DNA of 62,890 bases, the filler included, from Vannella sp. (Eukaryota): assembly GCA_023345925.1 (NCBI GenBank). It is 8 parts of 8 records of this genome, joined end to end, with 100 filler letters (N's around TTAATTAATTAA, not from the genome) between each part and the next. Parts side by side here need not be neighbours in the genome. Positions count along the whole stretch, not along the records: positions 58,610 to 62,890 come from JAJQQN010001086.1; 7 more parts are not named here. One strand, 5' to 3'. Under the pieces are notes generated by a model, which was given only the letters and a program-made list of their open reading frames with translations, did not search any database and had not been told where the DNA came from. This document shows, piece after piece, positions 58,924 to 62,890 of the stretch. Each line of letters opens with the position of its first letter. The stretch's first letter is position 1. The translations under genes and the position numbers were made by a program.

Positions 58924-59011
58924 AATCTTGCTCCTCAAACCACAGAACTCATTGCATCAATTATTTGTTTTCCCAGAGAATAAGGCGGGTGAATGGGGTC
59001 TGGGGTTGAAG

Positions 59012-60820
59012 ATGGAGGGCACCGCAGTAAAGAAGGAAAAGGAGTCTGACCAATCGCCCGGCAGAGTCATTGTTTCGGGTCTGGGGATGGCGCACATCAG
59101 CGCTGACCAGCTGCCCTTCCTGGTGAAGCTGCTCATCTACTTTCCCTACTTCATAGCGCTCGTATACAGCACTGCGCGCCAGACTGTCATCAACTTGATC
59201 GGTTACTTCACCGGCACTGAAATGGACAAGGAGGTGCGAGAGTACGGCCCTCTCATTAAGAGTACGTCTTATCACCCCTTCTTCTTCCTCTTCTAACTGT
59301 GGCTCAAGGCTACAGCTACTTCTTTGAGAGATGGCTTTTCGGCCGTTGTGTGGATCTCTTTGCACGTCCTATTCAGGGAGTTCCTGGGCCCTACATTGAT
59401 GTTATCATGCAGGGAGGCATCGATAACACCCTCAATACCCGCTGCCTCTCCTTCACAGGGGAAATTCGCCGAGTATGGAGCATCCTCCTCCCCTTCCTGT
59501 TCTCATCCTAGCTTTGCAGTGCTTGAACTTGGGCTCTTACAACTATCTCGGCTTTGCAGAGAACTCTGGAGAGTGCATTGACGCTGTGGAGAAGTCTATC
59601 CGCCAATACGGCAACTCCATGTGCTCCTCTCGCCTGGAAACGGGCTCCACTGTCGTCCATCGCGAGCTTGAGAAGTAAGAAACCGTTCACTGTCCTCTCT
59701 GAGACTGATTCGCGCTCCAGCATGATGGCAGAGTTCCTGAACAAGGAGGACTGCATCGTTTTTGGAATGGGCTATGCCACCAACAGCACAACGATCCCCG
59801 TACTTTGTGGACGTGGTGACCTCATCATCTCTGACTCTCTGAACCACGCTTCCATCGTTGTGGGCTGCCGCAGCTGTGGCGCCGCCATCAAGGTGAGAAC
59901 ACCCAAAAAGGTTCTCCAAGAGAGCTTCTCACAGTGCTGGAAGGTCTTCAAGCATAATGACCCAACAAGCTTGGAGCAAGTCATTCGTATGGCCATCATT
60001 GATGGACAACCGCGCACGCATCGCCCTTGGAACAAGATCCTTATTGTCGTGGAGGGCATCTACAGCATGGAGGGTGAGATCCTGGCTCTCCCACAGATTG
60101 TGGAGATCAAGAACAAGTACAAGTGCTACCTGTACGTCGATGAGGCGCACAGCATTGGCGCATTGGGAGAAACTGGACGCGGAGTCTGCGAGTATTGGTG
60201 AGACACCCCTTTGCCCACTCCCTTCTCCACTCCTGACCACCAACAGGGGTGTTGACACATCTGAGATTGACATCCTAATGGGCACCTTCACAAAGAGCTT
60301 CGCCTCAGCAGGAGGATACATTTGCTCCTCCAAGAAGATCATCGATCACCTCCGCATCAACTCGTTTGCTTCCGCTGCTGATGTAGCCATGCCAGTCCCC
60401 TTGGCCCAACAGATCCTCAGCTCGATGAACATCATCCAGGGAAAGAGCGTGTCCCCCATCGAAGGACCCACCCGCCTTGAGCAGCTCAAAGACAACACAA
60501 AGTACTTCCGCTCACAACTCCGCGAAGCTGGCTTCATTGTCATTGGCAATGACGACTCTCCTGTGATCCCTCTGATGATCTTCATCCCCACAGTCATGGC
60601 CCTCTTCTCCCGAATGTGTCTGGAGCGCAATGTCGCCGTGGTGATGGCCTCTTATCCTGCCACAGAGCTTGAGCTCTCTCGTGCACGCTTCTGTGTCAGC
60701 GCTGGACACACAAGAAAGGACCTTGACTACGCTCTGGAGGTGATCAAAGAGATCGGAGACATCTGCCAGATCAGATACCGCCAAGACGATCCTCTCTTCC
60801 GCTCCGTCCTCTCTTCCTAA
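59012..60820 (+). CDS. LCB2: Serine palmitoyltransferase catalytic subunit LCB2/SPTLC2
   Basis: CLNLGSYNYLGFA, FGMGYATNS, SDSLNHASI, VEGIYSMEG, DEAHSIGA, PLP-lysine motif GTFTKSF, RARFCVSAGHT. Confidence 0.95.
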
Positions 60821-60896
60821 GGGCCCTCCATCCTCTGTTCGCTCGTCTCCGATGTAACTAAACCAATCCTATTGTGCCTGGTTATGATGGCCGTGG

Positions 60897-62834
60897 CTAC
60901 AGAAGGGAGTTCGCCAGTTGACGGAACCGGTTCACTTCCTCTGCTGCGCGGGACTGTTCGGCTTCAAGGGACCGTTGTACATGGACCTCCACCCTTCCGA
61001 TGCGTACTTGCTGGTCTAACTCGAGGAGGGAAGTGATAGGGACGGTCTCTGTCTCAGTTGGAGTGTGTTTTGGGTTCCTTGTCGTTGACATGTCCTCTTG
61101 GAGCAGGTGGACTTGCACAAGAAGAGAGTCCCTTGTTTTGGTAAGCTCTTCCGCGGACATGGCCTCCATGTGGCCCTGTGCCTTGTCCATTCGACAGTAA
61201 ACGTCCTGAACTGCCCCGTTAGACCTCACTGTCCACTCCTCCCTCCTTTCCCGCACCATCAGCTGCTCCAGACACTCAGACAGAGAGTCAACAGACCCCG
61301 CATTAGGCTGCGGAAGCTCCACACCCAAAAGGCCCTCCAGCAAAGTGACTTCTCCCGCCAAGGCAGCCACAAAGGAGGCCTCGTCCATCAAGAAATGGCA
61401 CATTTGGACATTCATTTGACTAGAGAGTTGAATGAGGCTACCTTTGAAGGTGAGGAGAAGTCAACTCCTCATCGTCAGAGTCCGAATTGTCATAATTGCA
61501 GAAATAATCCGCTGCGTTGTAGCGCGGTTCGCACTTGGCAACGGCTTCTTGCAGTTCTGCAAACTGAATAGAGACTCTTGTGTTGAATAGTTGCTCCTTT
61601 TCGCTGAGGGAGCCTATCTCGCGGGTGATATTGGCCAAGTCACTCTCGATCTTGTCAAAAGCAATCCCGATTCCCTTGTAATCGAGTCCTTCCAACTCAT
61701 CATTGATGAGCAAGAGCTCTCTTTCATACAGATAAAGCATCCCGTCTGTTCCAAGCTGGCGTTCAACAAACTGGTACAAAGTCGCATCGTCCCGACCATT
61801 CTCATCGGGAGGAAAGAGGACCTGCGCTCGCTGAATAGCAAAGCGCCCTGAAGACTCCTGAAGCTTGTAATCCTTTTTGTGAGGGTCGTTCAGGCGGAAT
61901 ATGCATTGCCCGAACAGGTCAATCTGGAAGGGCAAATGAGAAAGTCAATATCTGGAAGAGACTTTTCTCTTCACGCTGATTCCTACCATGCATTGAAGGG
62001 CGACCTCCTTATCCTTTGATCCTTCAGCTATCTGATTGAGGAACAAGACTAGCCGCTTGATAAGGGACCTGTTCCGGCTAGATTGGATAAGCGCGCGGAG
62101 TCCTTCAATCCGCTCCATTGGATCCTCTCGTGAGACGATCTCGAAAGCCTTCTTGACCTGTGTTTCGCTTAAGAGGGTCTCCTCTAACGTGTTCAGGTAA
62201 GAGTGAAGGAAGTAAAGGATGGCAGCTGGGCACTTGTCAAAGAAGGCAAAGTTTGGAGTCTCCGCTGACGATACGACAACCCAATCAGCCACTCTGAAGA
62301 CACTCTATTGTTTAGATACGTACAGCGCATAGAAGTGGACACCAACAGCTCCACTTGGTTGCTCACTGCTTCTGACAGCGGCTCTGCTAGAACAGAACCT
62401 GCGTACGAAGTCAATCCTTGGGGCGAAACTCTCATACAAGTGATGCGTACCATCCAGTTGCAGATAGTTGCGCTCGATGTACTCCATAGCAGAGTTCAAG
62501 TCCCTTGAGGAGTGGGAAGGCAAAGGCTCATCCTCCCGCTTCGGAGTCGGCTCCACACTCACCACAGCCACACTTGTCTCCGGTGAGCTCTCCCCTTTTA
62601 GTATCACTGGGAGCGCAGAATCGGCAGGCCGCGTTATCTTGGAGAGAGAACGGTCCCCAAACCGGTTGCGCCACCCTTTCATCAGGAAATGCCTTTAATC
62701 TGATGTTTCTGACCCACAAATCAATGCCCCTGACTTGGAAACGATCAAAACCGCCCAGAAAGGAACCAAAAGCCCCTTCTGTTGCCCTTTTGCTGCCTTT
62801 TCCAGCGACTTGTGGCGCTCTTCGACTGATTCAT
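60897..62834 (-). CDS. RhoGAP-like domain + coiled-coil protein (possibly two genes)
   Basis: SAMEYIERNYLQLDG, AAILYFLHSYLNTLEETLL, LRALIQ...NRSLIKRLVLFLNQI and LFGQCIFR follow the RhoGAP helix pattern; heptad-rich C-terminal ORFs. Boundaries uncertain. Confidence 0.55.
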
Positions 62835-62890
62835 GCCTCTCCGGAGATAGTTACAGCTCTCTGGAAGACCGTTGCTTCGTTGGTAGATGA

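Noticed and set aside
1..62890. tRNA, rRNA, CRISPR arrays, DDE transposases, reverse transcriptases, TnpB/Fanzor
   Set aside because: None recognised by eye; tRNAscan-SE, Infernal and HMM searches would be needed to exclude them.

Overview
Eukaryotic nuclear DNA, gene-dense, with very short (about 40-55 nt) spliceosomal introns. The gene content points to an amoebozoan-like protist (inference from a Roco kinase, a 7TM-TKL kinase, many TKL kinases and an Mdm10-like barrel). The window is not contiguous: it is 8 contigs joined by 100-nt artificial linkers (44 N + TTAATTAATTAA + 44 N), so neighbourhoods across linkers mean nothing. Recognisable housekeeping genes are PRP16/DHX38, DNMT2, INTS1, BRX1, RPC4/POLR3D, TRAPPC9, LCB2/SPTLC2, an ENT transporter and a ZNF830-like gene. 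The most unusual region is 23.8-28.8 kb. It holds an intronless Crinkler/RHS-type (CR) P-loop NTPase + restriction-endonuclease-fold gene, preceded by a ~160-bp imperfect palindrome and bracketed by a 45-bp direct repeat derived from the 5' end of an RCC1-repeat gene. RCC1 genes lie on both sides, and further copies of the palindrome occur at 28.6 kb and 17.8 kb. Other highlights: a bacterial/giant-virus-type methyltransferase interrupted exactly at CTT-TGA (the prfB-type +1 shift site) with its conserved C-terminus in the +1 frame, a Roco kinase with a degenerate Roc GTPase, and several candidate GC-AG introns. Exon boundaries were read by eye and are approximate; no database searches were run.
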